Source: Zygnema circumcarinatum SAG 698-1b (Eukaryota; Plantae; Zygnematophyceae). From it: a stretch of DNA of 64,000 bases. This document shows, one piece after another, positions 47,922 through 61,200 of this stretch. Location of the stretch: contig CM074809.1 of NCBI GenBank assembly GCA_037447605.1, positions 2,966,689 to 3,030,688 on the forward strand, read 5' to 3'. A model generated the notes under the pieces. It was not told the DNA's origin and did no database searches. It saw nothing but the letters and a program-made list of their open reading frames with translations. Within the stretch, counting starts at the first letter, position 1, and each line of letters starts with the position of its first letter. A program made the translations under genes and the position numbers.

Positions 47922-49222
47922 AGGGACAATTTGGCTTCTACTATTGATGTCATGCATGACAATAAGCTCGGCGAGCAGAACATAGCTGGAGGGGCGTTCT
48001 AGGTCTGGTATTATAGTAGCGGAGCCTGTGCTTGATGTCGGGGGGTGAGTAAGACATGCGGGGCAGATGGTGATGTGTATTATAATTCATGTACAAAGGT
48101 ACGCGGATGAATTGAAAGCTGTCATTAACTACTGGTGTGTAAGGCGGGCCCGACTGGTGGGATGAGAGGCAATTCTTGCCAGACTGAGATATCATTTCCA
48201 CTTTGCGATCTGTGTCCAGCTTGCATTTATTGATACATGGCCGAGAAAGCATTTGTATTTGAAATTGGATGATTTGATAATTCTGTCAGACTGAGCAGTG
48301 AGACACAAAGAAATTATAAGGGGTTTGTTACACTTCGAAATCTTGTTTCAACTCTTCAAATCTTCAGCTCCCTGAAGGATCAAATTGAATTACTCCTTAT
48401 TGTGACATTTCTCTAGTACCGCTGTGTCGCTAGCTACAAGCAAGAATGTTTTGTGGGTACAGAGGAAATGATGTCGTAACCTTTTGAGGATGAAACAGAA
48501 GAAAATGCGATTGTGAAAATAACTCGCTATATGAGGAACAGCCAATTCTGCTGAAATAATTGTATTGTATAATTGCTTCGTAACAAGCGTGATCGTAGAT
48601 AGATGTGTGTAAAGTCAGTAAAAATAGTCAAATCTGAGCAAAGAAACTTGGCGAGCAACTTCTATTTTCTGTCAGACATGTTGTTACAACAAAATCGCTG
48701 GCGACGAAATAAGAAGTTAAACTCACGCATGCCCGTGCAGGCGAAGGGGCGAGATGAGTGAACAAGTGACAGCTTATGAATGGCAGCCATACATAACACA
48801 CTTTAGACATTCTGATAACGAACGATGCATATAATTTCTCCTTTCTTGTGGCCGGAAGCTTGCATATGCTGTGTTCTCTATTTAGCTTCGCGTCCTTGCT
48901 CAGAGCCACACAGCGAGATACATCATACGGGATCAAGTGTGACACTTCAAAACCAGATCTATCCCCTCACTCGTGCAAAGCTCAGGCTACTTTCAGTAGC
49001 ACCCGAACTGTGCTCTTTGGTCGTGCGGAAACCAACCCACAAGGCCCGCCCACACAGCCAGTGCGCAACTGCACGCGCATGCCTCTTAAGCCTTGACCGC
49101 CGCACACGCCTCATGCATCATCTCGTGCATGGCTCCACCTCCACATGAAGGAATGAAGGGGAAGATAACAGCATCAGCGCAGACATTAAAGTTATTACAT
49201 TTTAGGTCCCACGACATTTTTA

Positions 49223-49812
49223 GGGAAATGATATACCGCCCCCCTTTTTTTTGGTTATCCCGCTCCCGTTTTTTTGAAATTCCACCCTCCCATTTTGGCT
49301 ACCCCCCCCCCCCCCCCCCCNNNNNNNNNNCCCCCCCCCCCCCCCCCCATTTTGGATATGTCGGGAGGAGACAACCTCTCTCCTTCCCTCCCCTGCCCTC
49401 CCCTCCCGTCCTCTCCCCTCCCTTCCCCTCCCCTCCCCTCCCCTCCCCTCCGCTCCTCTTCTCGGTTAGGAACTTTTTATTCTTTTCTTTCGGTGGGTGT
49501 GAAGCTCTGTGATGATGTAATTGTTGGCTTGCTTGCTTTCTTTCTCTTTTTCTCTCTCTCTCTCCTCTGCTCTCAGTCCTCTGCTCTCTATCCTCTGCTC
49601 TCCCTCTCTCTCTCCTCTGCTCTGCTTTCTCTCTGCGAATGTGCCTTTACGGACGTTGCGCTGATGAGTAAGGAGAAAACAGGGGGGTGAATATCCAAAA
49701 TGGGGGAGGGGCGGGATATCTAAAACAGGGGGCGAAATAGCCAAAATGGAAGGGTGGAATTTAAAAAAAAACTGGGGCGGGATAACCAGGGGGGGGCGAT
49801 ATATCATTTCCC
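49223..49812. mobile_element. Related long-TIR non-autonomous element with internal CT-rich tract
   Basis: Termini GGGAAATGATATA at both ends. Inverted arms share GGTTATCCCGC..AAATTCCACCCT..CATTTTGGCTA. Imperfect flanks CATTTTTA/ATTTTTTA. Contains an N gap at 49321-49330. Confidence 0.75.
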
Positions 49813-49822
49813 ATTTTTTAAT

Positions 49823-50763
49823 GGGTAGTGATATTTCCACCCCTTTTTTGGATCCAAACACCCCTTCCCGGCCGGGCAGATTTCAAAAAGGATTAAAAAC
49901 GGAAAATGCTTTTTCACACCTTTTTGGAATCGATACCCACCCTCCATCGGCAGATTTTATTTTTGCGAAACAAGGAAAATGATAACCCGTCACCCCATTT
50001 TGAATATCCCACCTACCTGAATTTTTTTCACGCGTGCGGTCAATCGCAGCCGTCGATTCCCTCGCAGATCGCAACACGGCAGATCACTATTTGATCTGCA
50101 GCCGGGCTCGGTCACAGCGAATGGCACTTGCCCACGTATCCCGCCAAACTCGTCTCAAAAGCTTGTCCGTACAAATGGCGTACGGTCGCAACTTGAGAAA
50201 CCCAAAATTTCGTACATTGAGACCAATCAAAAATTTCCACGTCAAAAATGTAACACGTGGCAAATGTTGATTGGCTGAGAGCTGACAATGAACGAGATCT
50301 CGGGCCGAGGGACGCGCGCACTCGCACGTGCGATCGGGCTTTGGCGGGACTCGTGGGCGCTTTCCATTCGCTGAGATCGAGCCCGGCTGCAGATCGAAAG
50401 GTGATATGCAGTGGTGCGATCTGCGAGGGAATCGACAGCTGCGATTGACACACACGTGTGAAGGACGGACACCCGCGAACGATCTCGTGGCGGACGGATC
50501 TTCCGCTCCGAGCGGATTCGGGCAGGCAGATATTTCTTTTCCTCAAAAAAAAAAATTTAGGGAGGCGGGATACAGTATTCAAAATGCGGTGACGGAGTAT
50601 CATGTGCCTTGGTTAGCAAAAATAAAATCAGCCGACGGAAGAAGGTGGGTATCGATTCCAAAAAGATGTGAAAAAAGCATTTTCCGTTTTTAATCCCTTT
50701 TGAAATCTGCCCGGCCGGGAAGGGGTGTTTGGATCCAAAAAAGGGGTGGAAATATCACTACCC
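49823..50763. mobile_element. Foldback / MULE-like non-autonomous element, copy 2 (941 bp)
   Basis: Same termini and internal sequence as 40891-41838, in the same orientation, with its own 8-bp TSD TTTTTAAT. Confidence 0.9.
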
Positions 50764-51058
50764 TTTTTAATATCGTTTTCTGTTGTTTTTAATATCCATC
50801 CGAAAGGTCTTTTTTTTGTACCGCATGAGCGCATACTGTACATGAGCCCGTCGGTCGTCGCGTTGAACGGAGAACGGCGGCGACGACACTGGAGCAAAGA
50901 GCGACGCAGAAAGGAGGCAGACAGGTGCGCGCTTCGCAACTCCTGTCTCCCTCCCCTCTCCTGCAGAGGAGGGCAGGGCAGGGCAGTGCCTCTCTGCCAG
51001 TCACAGTCCGGCGGTGCAACTCTGCCAGGGCGAGATTCCGTGGGAGGCGGCTGCATAC

Positions 51059-52563
51059 ATGGCGGCCCACGTGGTCGCAGCAGGGCTTACGTGCCCTATC
51101 TGCCAGGACTTGTTCACCGATCCTGTCATCGTCTCCTGCTGCGGTAAGCTCCAAGGCTTGGATATGGATTAGGGCATTCTGGCGGAAGATTGTAGTGGAT
51201 AAAGGAAGCCCGTTGTAGTGTTTGCCAATGACATCGATTTTTTTCGCAAATGTTGTAAATATTGACAGCTTCATTGAGTCTCAGAAGTTGTAGTGATTAT
51301 TTGCAACCCCTGTGCTTGAACGCAGGCCATACTTTCTGCAGGCTCTGTTTGGATCAAGCGCTTTCACATAACGACGCCTGTCCACTTTGTTAGTTCTCCC
51401 CTATTCCTGATGACTTTTTGGGATTCTTCTTGCTTCTGTTATCATAGGCATGTCTATGGACACAATGACTAGCCCTGTAAAACTCAGCATTTGGAAAGCC
51501 AAAAAACTGACCGCAAACGTCGGTAGAAAGTTTAGGAGGATAGCTAACTGGTGGCATTCTTCGTTCCGTGCTTTCTCCTGTTCGGATGAAATGTTTCACA
51601 TTTAGACCATTGGCGCGAGCTTACCATCGTAGTAAGGAATGGAATAGTTACTTAAGAGATTTCTAATTTTCTTACGTAATCTCACATGTGATCTATCAGT
51701 GGAATCATTGTCTGCCTTAAATTTGTAGTTACTCAGTCGATGAAAGTAGCCAATACCTGTACCCACATAAATGGGAAATGAAAGAAATGCTCTGTTTGCT
51801 TTCTGTTAACTGGACGTACTTATCAACTAGACATTAGATATTCTCTATATTTACTTGGCAGGTTGATGCAATAGATGAAGTATGACAATGCTGAGGTTCA
51901 GCAAGTCTTATGAAGTTACAGAAGTTGCCGGTCTTGAAGGTTATGCAAGAATTGCTGATCGACACTGATTGTTGGAATTCTTACATGGTTGCACATGCCA
52001 CAGGCCGGGCTCCACTTCTGGGTGGGATTGACTGCGTTCTCCCAAACCGTGCAATTCAAGAGGTTCTATCTTCAACAACCAGCCATATCTCAGCAGAACA
52101 GGAGGATCACATTTGCATAGTTGTCAACGACTCACATGCCTCAAGTGCCGATGCCACAGCTTCGTGTGGGCTGAATAATGCTGGCATTAATGCATGTGTT
52201 TCAGAGTCTACTTCCCAATCCCAAAGGTCGATCAAAGATAACGAGAGGAGTAGAGGGGCGTCTAGTTCTCGCAAGGAGAGGAGGACACGAACATCACCAA
52301 GAGGGATACAGGGAACGGATGAGGCTGCAAACAGATGTTGGCAGTGGCCCTCAGCACATGCAGTAATGGTTGGAATTTTGCTTCTATGCGGAGCCCGAGG
52401 CCGCACAGGCCTTGAAAGTGCCCGCAAGATTAGAAGGTGGTTTTCAGTAAACGAGCCGCGGGTCCGCTGCGGCTTCTACATCACACTCGCAGCAGCAGTT
52501 ATGATTTTCTTGCGGGTGAGTGTGGGCATGGGCATGGTTGATAAATTAGTTCAAAGCAGTTAA
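51059..52563 (+). CDS. RING-HC (C3HC4) E3 ubiquitin ligase with C-terminal hydrophobic segments (3 exons)
   Basis: Exons 51059-51143, 51326-51388 and 52004-52563 splice to CPICQDLFTDPVIVSCCG|HTFCRLCLDQALSHNDACPL|CRAP..LPNRAIQ. C-terminal hydrophobic stretches AVMVGILLLCGA and FYITLAAAVMIFLRVSVGM. Confidence 0.85.
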
Positions 52564-53819
52564 CTGAGACTCTCCCTCAATTGAGAGGGAGCTGTTGCTG
52601 CTGCTGAATGGACAAACCAAAGCATTGCACGAACCAGACGATGCTATCATATAACCCATACTCCCTTCTTCTCATGAAACTTTTTTTGTCTTGGTCGAGG
52701 GCAAACCTCAGGTTCAGGAGGAGGAGTTCGCAGTTCAAGTGCAGCAAATTCGCATGAGACCCTTGGGACGCTGAAATGCTGTTCTTGCAAGCATGTCTAT
52801 TCATTTCTTCATTCACCTGATTTTCAAGTACGGCCAATCCTTTCACCTCTATCGTATGGTTTCTCTTCCCCGCAAGCGAAGACCTTCTCGTCAAAGTTGG
52901 ATGCGTTCCTTAGTGACGACCTGAGCTTGTTAATGCTACTTAGCTGAAGAGTAAATTATTTACAATGAGTGGGGTGAGGGTGGCCGTCTGCAGAGGGCGA
53001 AAACCAAGCTGTCGTTTGACCTGACGACGCACCGCTGTATCTTCTGCTTAGTGCCTAGCTCCTTGCACCATTGTGTTATAGACCGAGTGAAAAACGGCTG
53101 TGAAATTGCTTCGCGAATGGCTGGGCTGACTCTGTAGATCGGAAACAGGTAGTGTCTGGGACTGTTGATATGAGCTGGCTTATGCTGCTGGTGGTTTAGA
53201 AACTGAAACTGATGTAATATTATTGTACATTCATCTCCCCGAAGAGGGGGGAGCTGGTACAGGAGCCCTTAACGAGATACTGTAGTACGCCCTTCGATTT
53301 AATAGCCAAGTGCGCTCTAGCTTGGAGTTCGCTTGCAAGCTTATGTGCCATGCAAAACGAGTGAAGAAACGACATGGGCTCTCTTGTTATTGATGGCCTA
53401 AGGAGGGCGAGTCGATTGGGGTCATTGCAAGAAGACTCCTAATCCTGCTAATGTGTGTGGTTGTTCGGAAGAAACTCATGACATCCCATAGAAGCGTTGG
53501 AAATAGATTTAAACAATCACCCGTCATGCATGTCCCTCGTGCTGCTCATGTCGCCCGCCCTCCGCACAACCATGCGTACAGCTGCATGGATCGCGACAGG
53601 TCGAAAATACCGTTAAATAGTCGCATTCGACGCATAGAACAGCACAACCCGTTCCACGCTCAGTTTCTCGACACAGTTCCACAGCGGCCAGTTAGAGGCA
53701 ACGCGGTTCCATGCGCAGACGCGGGGTTCTGCGCGAGGAATAAGGGTCCGCGGCAGCCCCCTCCTCCCCCTCTTTCGCCCGCGCCGAGCTCAGGCTGTGG
53801 CTCGCTCCTGCCGCCGGCC

Positions 53820-56800
53820 ATGAAGGTGCGCTGCTTCTCTCCGCCCCTTCTGTGCCCATGTTGCCCTGCAGGGGGCGGCGAGCTCAGGGGAGCCTCTCCT
53901 CATGCGGCTCGCGGGGTCTGTTTCTTGTGTGTTTGCTGTGTTTTAGGGTTGAGTGGTGAGAGCATGACCTAAGGGCAGAATGGAGTTGAGAGGCGTGGTG
54001 GGCTTCTATTTGAAGCAGTTTGGGGTTGTTTGGGGAGAGACAGCTCGCTGAGAAGTTGCGGGAATCAGTCTGCAGAGTGGGTCAGGGCGGTTTGGGAGGG
54101 TGTTTGTTGAGGGAGACTGAAAGAATTTTCCAAATCGTTGATTGAGATGTAGAATCACGCAGGCAGAAACTTAGGGACTTACCGCTCGTTTAAAACTTTT
54201 TGATTGGAATTTGCAGCTTAATATTGCAAACCCCACCACGGGGTGTCAGAAGCAGGTTGAGATCGATGACGACCAAAAGCTGTATGTCACCTCTGCTCTC
54301 TTTTAGGTCTGCAGAATCGTGAGAATCATGTCCTCATTGAGAAAACTGGGGTGCGAATGGTTTTTCACTTTGTGCCTTGTCTAGAGCCCGGGGTCCCGTC
54401 ACAACATGGACAAGTACACAACCTGTCAGGAATGTTATGTTCTGGAGTGGAGATATTACTTTGGACATACTCTGGATCCGATTGTAGCTTAGAGTCTGAT
54501 AGTGAAGGCAATGATTATTCATCTGTAGCATCTCTTTGGCGTCAGACACGCACTGTTTTTCGTCCAAAGGTTGAGGTTTGGAGAACTCCCGATTTTGCAG
54601 GGAAGAGATGGATGAATGTTATGACATGTTCCTGCGTTTTTGAGAAGCTAATTGACTAGCAGACCAGGGAAGTGTCGGGCTCTGAATTTCTTGCTATGAG
54701 AGTACCAAATTCCAGAAGGATGAAGTGAGAGCTTGCAGATGATAAATTTGTTGAGTGGAGTAATGTCTGGTGTGCAACCACCCTGTATATTGACCTGTAG
54801 TCCCTGTCAATGATTTGACAGGCGTGCCTTCTTCGACAAGCGTATTTCTCAGGAGGTGGCTGGAGATGCCCTTGGTGATGTGAGTTCACTCCCTGTACCT
54901 TGCTCAATCGACCATTAAACCTTTTGTTTCTCCAGCTGCCATGTTGACTCCCACAACCACCGATGTTTTCCCATCCCTATTTCTCTGCATGTGCTGGTTT
55001 TTCTGAACACACTACCAAGCTTTCCCGGGTTCTGCTCTCATCACTTTCACATGTAAAGGGGTGACTACTCCTAGGACCTTCCCTGAAAGGTTTGGGATAA
55101 TTTAGGTTTTTACACCGTTCGGGTATAGCACAGCATGAAATAATAGTCCTTCCTTCCCTTTTCTCGAAGGTATTGAACCCTGTGTTTCTGTCGTAGGGTT
55201 CGGGTGATGTGTTAACGGCTAGAGAAATGTTGCCGGCTTTGATGCTGTCGTTTTGCGCTTGCAGGAATTCAAGGGTTACACCTTCAAGATTAAGGGTGGT
55301 TGCGACAAGCAGGGTTTTCCCATGAAGCAGGGAGTCTTGACACCTGGCCGCGTGGACATCCTTATGGACAGAGGTGGGTAAATCGGATACACCTAATACA
55401 GCATGTAGTTCGAAAAGAAAAGGTCTCATTGGCGGAAGGAATAGGTGTTTCCCAACATGCACACACTTGTTAAATCAATGCAAACCCTGTTTTATCCTGG
55501 CAAACCACTCCTAGTGAATGCCTATTTGTTTAGGTAGGTGGGAAGAAATGAACCACAGGAGCTGGGCAAACGAAGGAACTTCACAGTTCCGAAACTTTCT
55601 ACTCGGCAATCCATAATGTTCCTCGTTGGAGCCAATTGAATCAAAATAAAGAGAATCTTGCCAGTATTTCCTGGTACAGTCGTAATTCAACTTGGAGGGA
55701 GCTTGTGGCCCACTACAGCATATTTTGATGCTTTCTTACTCGATTAAAGACGATGGGGCTTCCTTGATGGATTGAACAGCCACCTTGTAGAGGGCAGCGT
55801 TTGGAGTTTTCTTTCTTTAGTCATCCGCGTGTTTAATTTCAAACCATCTGCGCAGTTTATATGCCTGAGGTTGTGACGGATTGCCGCACTGTTTCCCTTT
55901 CTGTGTCCATCGAAACCCTGACAGATTTCTACCGATTTCAGTAGAAGTGATTGCACTGTGCTTGAGTATGGTTCAAGCTTTTGTTCATGGCTCAGTACAC
56001 CCATCAAATGCAGTTGCCAAATCTTTTATTTTCTTCCTCCTGTCTTTGCAGGCGTGTCCTGCTTTCGGGGCTATGGCCGGAGGAATGGTGAGCGGAGAAG
56101 GAAGGCTGTTCGCGGGTGCATTGTGAGCCCTGATCTCTCGGTGCTCAATCTCGTGATCGTCAAGCAAGGTGTGCCCGCACCCTAATGGTTACCTCCGTTT
56201 TATTCAGTCTCCACTAACAAGCTAGATACCTAGTTTTGGATCGGTCTTGTACGTTTTTTTTTTTTTTGTCTCGCATGAGCTTAATATTTTGCTTTCCCTT
56301 TAATAAGGTTTACCTTAGTGTACTACTAATGTTTGACCATTCGTCCGTTCGAATGTCTAGTTCTGGTTGTTTAAATCTTTATTTTGCTTCGGTGACGTTG
56401 TGAACATCAAGCTGAATCGAGATTCTTGTTCCAGTTACGTCCCCTGTTTTGCAGCCTCTATTTTCTGGAAATGTTTGAAGTCCTCCGTGAGTGCAGAATG
56501 AAGCTAAATCAGAAACTGCTTGCTTGGGAGTCTGAACTCTGTTTGAAGGGGTATTTCAGGAGACAATGATTTGCCGGGACTCACGGATACAGAGAAGCCG
56601 CGCATGAGGGGGCCAAAGAGGGCTTCCAAGATTCGCAAGCTCTTTGATCTCAGCAAGGAGGATGATGTGCGCAAATATGTCAACACATATCGCCGCACAT
56701 TCGAGTCAAAGACAGGTATCAGCACCGAATGAACCCTTGCGATGTGACGTTTGACTCACTGTGAATATGCAACCCATAGCAAAAAGCGTACAACTGCCAC

Positions 56801-57234
56801 GGTGTCGTGTTTTGGCCGGCAGAACAGTGATTGCTCTTTTTTGGCCTTTTTGTTGCTTCCTAGTCCTGCCTGGAAATACTGAATTGGCTACTTTTCTTAG
56901 TCAGAACCAAAGCCAGATGGAGCGATTTAGTCACGTCGACAGTGACTGAAATCATCGACGTGGACTCGTTTCCACTTTGAATTGGAATGCAGGCAAGAAG
57001 CGGAGCAAGGCTCCCAAGATCCAACGGCTTGTGACACCTGTCACGCTGCAGCGCAAGCGTGCCCGCGTTGCAGAGAAGAAGAAGCGTGTGGCGAAGGCCA
57101 AGACGGAGGCATCCGAATATCAGAAGCTGTTGGCCCTCCGCCTCAAGGAGCAGCGCGAGGCGCGTTCTGAGTCTCTTGCCAAGAAGAGGGCGGTGCGCTC
57201 TTCCGAGGCGCAGAGGAAGTCGCAGGCGGAGTAG
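53820..57234 (+). CDS. RPS6: 40S ribosomal protein S6 (eS6), 7 exons
   Basis: MK|[12 protein letters not shown]..|[12 protein letters not shown]..|[25 protein letters not shown]..|[19 protein letters not shown]|..[12 protein letters not shown]..|[11 protein letters not shown]. Exons 53820-53825, 54217-54281, 54822-54879, 55265-55373, 56052-56168, 56560-56715, 56993-57234. Confidence 0.97.
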
Positions 57235-58231
57235 GGAGGGGGGACGGGAATGAGGCCTCCATATGGCGATCCATGTTGCATGCATGTCTGGAATCTGGTG
57301 CCAACCGCGCCGTGTTAATGAACAGAGAACGAGTTGGTGCCCACGTCGAGCTGTCCAGTGGTCATGAAATCTTCGCTTGGTGAATGTGACAGTGTTGTCC
57401 GAACGGCTCTGTTAATGGGGAGAGAGAGAACCCGAATCTATCAAAGACTGGATACTGAAGCTGTAGAAATGCCGTTGGAATTGAATTCGAAATTAGCTCA
57501 AAAGGAATAACGGCAGTGAGGGCACAGTGGACGAAGCATGGGCAGGATTTGCAAACACGATGGTGATGTTCTGACACGCCTTTCGCGCTGCAACGTCACA
57601 CAAGTCCCTGATCAGCTGCTCGCACCTCTCTTTGGCCGAAGGGATTTAGGATTGATTGACTATTCGTTTTGAAAAGCGTCAGCATCAGCCCCAGCTCTCG
57701 TTATGCGACACAGTTCTCGCAGTGCAAGGTTGCGCAGGAAATGATTCAAGGCAAAAGTGTGGCGCCTGGGGTTGGCCTTCGTCTGAAATTGAATATATCT
57801 CGTTTTAGTTCTCAGAATAAGCGCTGCCCTGTGCACACTCACCGCATGTGCACTCCACTTCTACCTCGCAGAAACCCACTTTAAAGGTTTGTCAGTTACA
57901 TTTTCTTAAAAATTCCTATCGTATATTGTGAAAAACGCCTAAAATAAACTTGGACCAATTTGCTCTGGTAAAAAACGAACAAAAGGTTTCTGCTTAGTAA
58001 CTGGCCTTCTATGTGTTCAGAATCGACGCTTTCACTACATAACGGTTAAGAACTAAGTTAACAGAGATGCAGCCGGTCAAGTGAGGGCGCCATGGCTTGA
58101 GCATTTATTGGCTGGAACGCCAAAAATGAAGCGGATTTATAATAGAGAGCAAGCCTAGAAACGTCCCACTTTCGTAGGCACAAATGAACGGAACTTGACG
58201 ATACCATTTTTTCCCACATCCCCAACAAACC

Positions 58232-61200
58232 CTAAAAAAAAGCATGTGACCCGTATCGAACTGCTCCCTTTGCTGCTTCTCTCCGCTGTGCTTCCAAGCG
58301 TTCCCAAAACTCCTTCCAGCCTCTCCTTCGCCGCTCCTCTGACTCATCTACAGAGCCGCTCCCTCCTCCCCCCTCCTCCATTGCCGCCAGAGAACTCTGC
58401 GAACCCCAAACCCAAATCATGCGGTCAGTTCCCGTTTCACGTAACCCACCCATATTCCTCACACATCGCAGGCTTTGCAGCAAAACAAACCATCCAGAGG
58501 AGACCTTTTCTCATCTCTTTTTCCTTTCTTTTCTCATCTCTAACTTTTTGCTTTTCTCATCATCATTTTTCTCCCCCAGCACAACAGAAGCATACCTGCA
58601 GCAACTGCTTCGGACTGCTCTGCTGCGACCACTGCTCCCTCGGTTCCGTGCTCTGCTCTCTAGAAACCATCCCTGCAGCTGCTGCCACCCGACAGGTAGT
58701 CTGCGTTCGATTCTGAACATTCGTGCATCCTCCACTCTGTACAACCCCCCCACTCACCGCCTGCAGACTTCCCTGCTGCGAGAGCGAATCCACACCTCCA
58801 ATTGGCTCAAGGGTGCCTGTCCCCCTCCCAGTAGTGGAAAGCTGACTCCCTGCAACCTTCCATGGCTGCGTTATAGCCACATCCATCACAGCGCAGCCCA
58901 TCACAGGGGACCCTCTGCTCCCCCCTCCTCCTCCTCCACTGCTCCCACTGGAGAGAGAGCCGCCCGCGAAGGCGCTGCTGTGTGATGTTTGCTTTGTGCT
59001 CACTTCGGTGTCCGATCCATGGCTGCCCACTGCCTCCTCCGGCTGCCACGTGTCGCCTCCTCGAGGACCGACTCCTTCTCGGGAGGGGTTTGTCGAAGAA
59101 TGCCACAAAGGAGAGCGGAAGGACTGCGACTCCGCTGTTGTTCCCAGCTGCTCAGTGGCTCCTCCTTCCGTATGCCAGCTGTCAAATGGTCATTGGAAGA
59201 GATTGGGTTTCAGACTAAGATAAACTGTTCATCTCGAGCTTGTGAGTCTTGAAGTGACCCTGAATGACAAGAAAAGAAGTGAACGGAGAGGAGGAAGCAA
59301 AGCATACCTGTTCCCTTCGGATGTTTGCTGCTGCAAAACGGAAGTCGGAGTCACCTGACCTTCTCCCTGCTTCACTCCGGAAGCCATATTTGAGGCCAAC
59401 GCTGCTCTCTCCGGCTGTTCCCGAAAGGTGGGGAAATCCCACCACTCTCGCAACCCCTCTTTCTCGGAAGTTTCCCTCCCCACTTCCGAGGGAACAGCTG
59501 TCAAAGTTTCGTCATCATCAGCTCGCAGCAATGCAGAAAGTTCTCCTCCTGCAGCAGCGAGGGAGCCATGGCGGCCCTTCAAACGCTTGTAATCAACTTC
59601 AGGGAGCAGAGACTCTCTAGAAGAGAGAGCCCCTCCACCACTTGCGGCATTTCTACCTAACCCTAACGATACTTCGTCCGATTCAAGCTCATACTGACTC
59701 CTGCAGCTCCCTCCTTCAATATCTCCTGCTGACCCGAATGTTCTGCAAGGGCTGTAGGGGATGGGACTGCGACAAATTCCCATGGCATCCATAGAAACAT
59801 CAGAAGGACTCGATCGCGGTCTTTTTAGATCCAACCCCACTACTCCTCTATCGCAACCGATGGGAGAATATGGTCGAAAAGCCGAGCCAGTTTTATGCCC
59901 CCCTCGTCCTTGCTTAATTCCATCCACACCGCCATTTGCACCGACCGAGAACGCTTTACTATGAGAGGTGCTTTCTTTGACTTCACATCCCCTTTCTTCC
60001 TTGCATCTCGCCAAAGGTAACAGCTGCATCAACCTGCTGCTCCCACCTCCTCCTTCTCCACTTTCAAATTCTACCCCCCAACCCCGAATTCGCCTCCCCT
60101 CGTCAGCCCCTTCTTCCTCTACCGCAGCATTGCAGCCATCCTCCCCGCTCTCTATATCCATGGCTTTCAGATGCGAACTTTCGGCTTCCCTCCCTGCGGC
60201 TGCAATGAAAGGTGGTACAGTGACAAAACTGCTTCTGGGATGAGACCCCTTTCCACCTCCTCCAATCCTCCAGAAGCCGACTGCCGGCTGCCCTCCTTCC
60301 CCCGGGAGACTCTCCTCCCGCACCTCCCGTATGCACTCCCCCCCTCCCTCCTCCCTCCCTCCCTCCTCCCTCCCTCCTTCCTCCCTCCCCCTTCCCCTCC
60401 CTTCTCCTTGGCCTCCCATCCTCTCCGGCACATCCCTCATTCCAAACCCTGAAATCCCAGGACCCATCAACATTCCCGCAGAAACCTTCCCCAAAAATGG
60501 TGCGAACCCTGCTCCGGAAAGTTTGCTCTGCCGTTCCATATTCATTGCGAGCTTAAGAACATCACCCCCTCCCCCTCCCCCTCCCCCTCCNNNNNNNNNN
60601 CACCCCCTCCCCCTCCCCCTCCCCCTCCCCCTCCCCCTCTGCATCCCCCTCTCTCTCCCCCTCCTCCTCCTCCACCATCCCCTCCGTTCAGCAGCTTGGC
60701 CATGGCTGCCGCTTCCAGCCAAGCGGGTGACTGCCGTACAGGTCGGCCATGGTAGGCGAGAGTGAGCGTTAGGGTTCCAGCTGGCGCATCCACGTAGCTG
60801 CTGACCAGCCTGGAAGGACACGTGGCAGAAGGTGAGTGGAGGTCTATAAGGTGGGCAAATACAAACCAGCAGAAAGTACTCTATGAGCATCTACTAAAGC
60901 AGCTCCTCGCTTCTTTCCACCGACTCTCACTCTCTCCCTCTCTCTCTCTCTCACACACACACACCCCCCCCCACATAAACACCTGTACTCCGTGGGCCGC
61001 CGAACTTTCTGATTTCGATTGGCTACCACGTCCTCTAAAGGAATTTTGGCGAATCCGAGGAGCTTATCACGGCCACGTGGCTGAGCCATAAATACTTCAC
61101 ATTTCAAGAACTGTGACAGGAAAGTTTAGGTCAGTTAGAGGGAGCGATACAGCTCAGTTTACACACCTCAACGGGCAGGAAGCAAAGAAGTGGGGCAGAG

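Noticed and set aside
49306-49350. Poly-C runs with N10 (also 60591-60600)
   Set aside because: Assembly gaps in homopolymer or low-complexity tracts, not biological features.
40891-50763. Composite transposon carrying ELIP between the two foldback copies
   Set aside because: Each copy has its own distinct 8-bp TSD (TTGTTTTT versus TTTTTAAT), indicating independent insertions.
53826-56992. Intronic snoRNAs in RPS6
   Set aside because: No convincing box C/D pair with a terminal stem or H/ACA structure found by eye.
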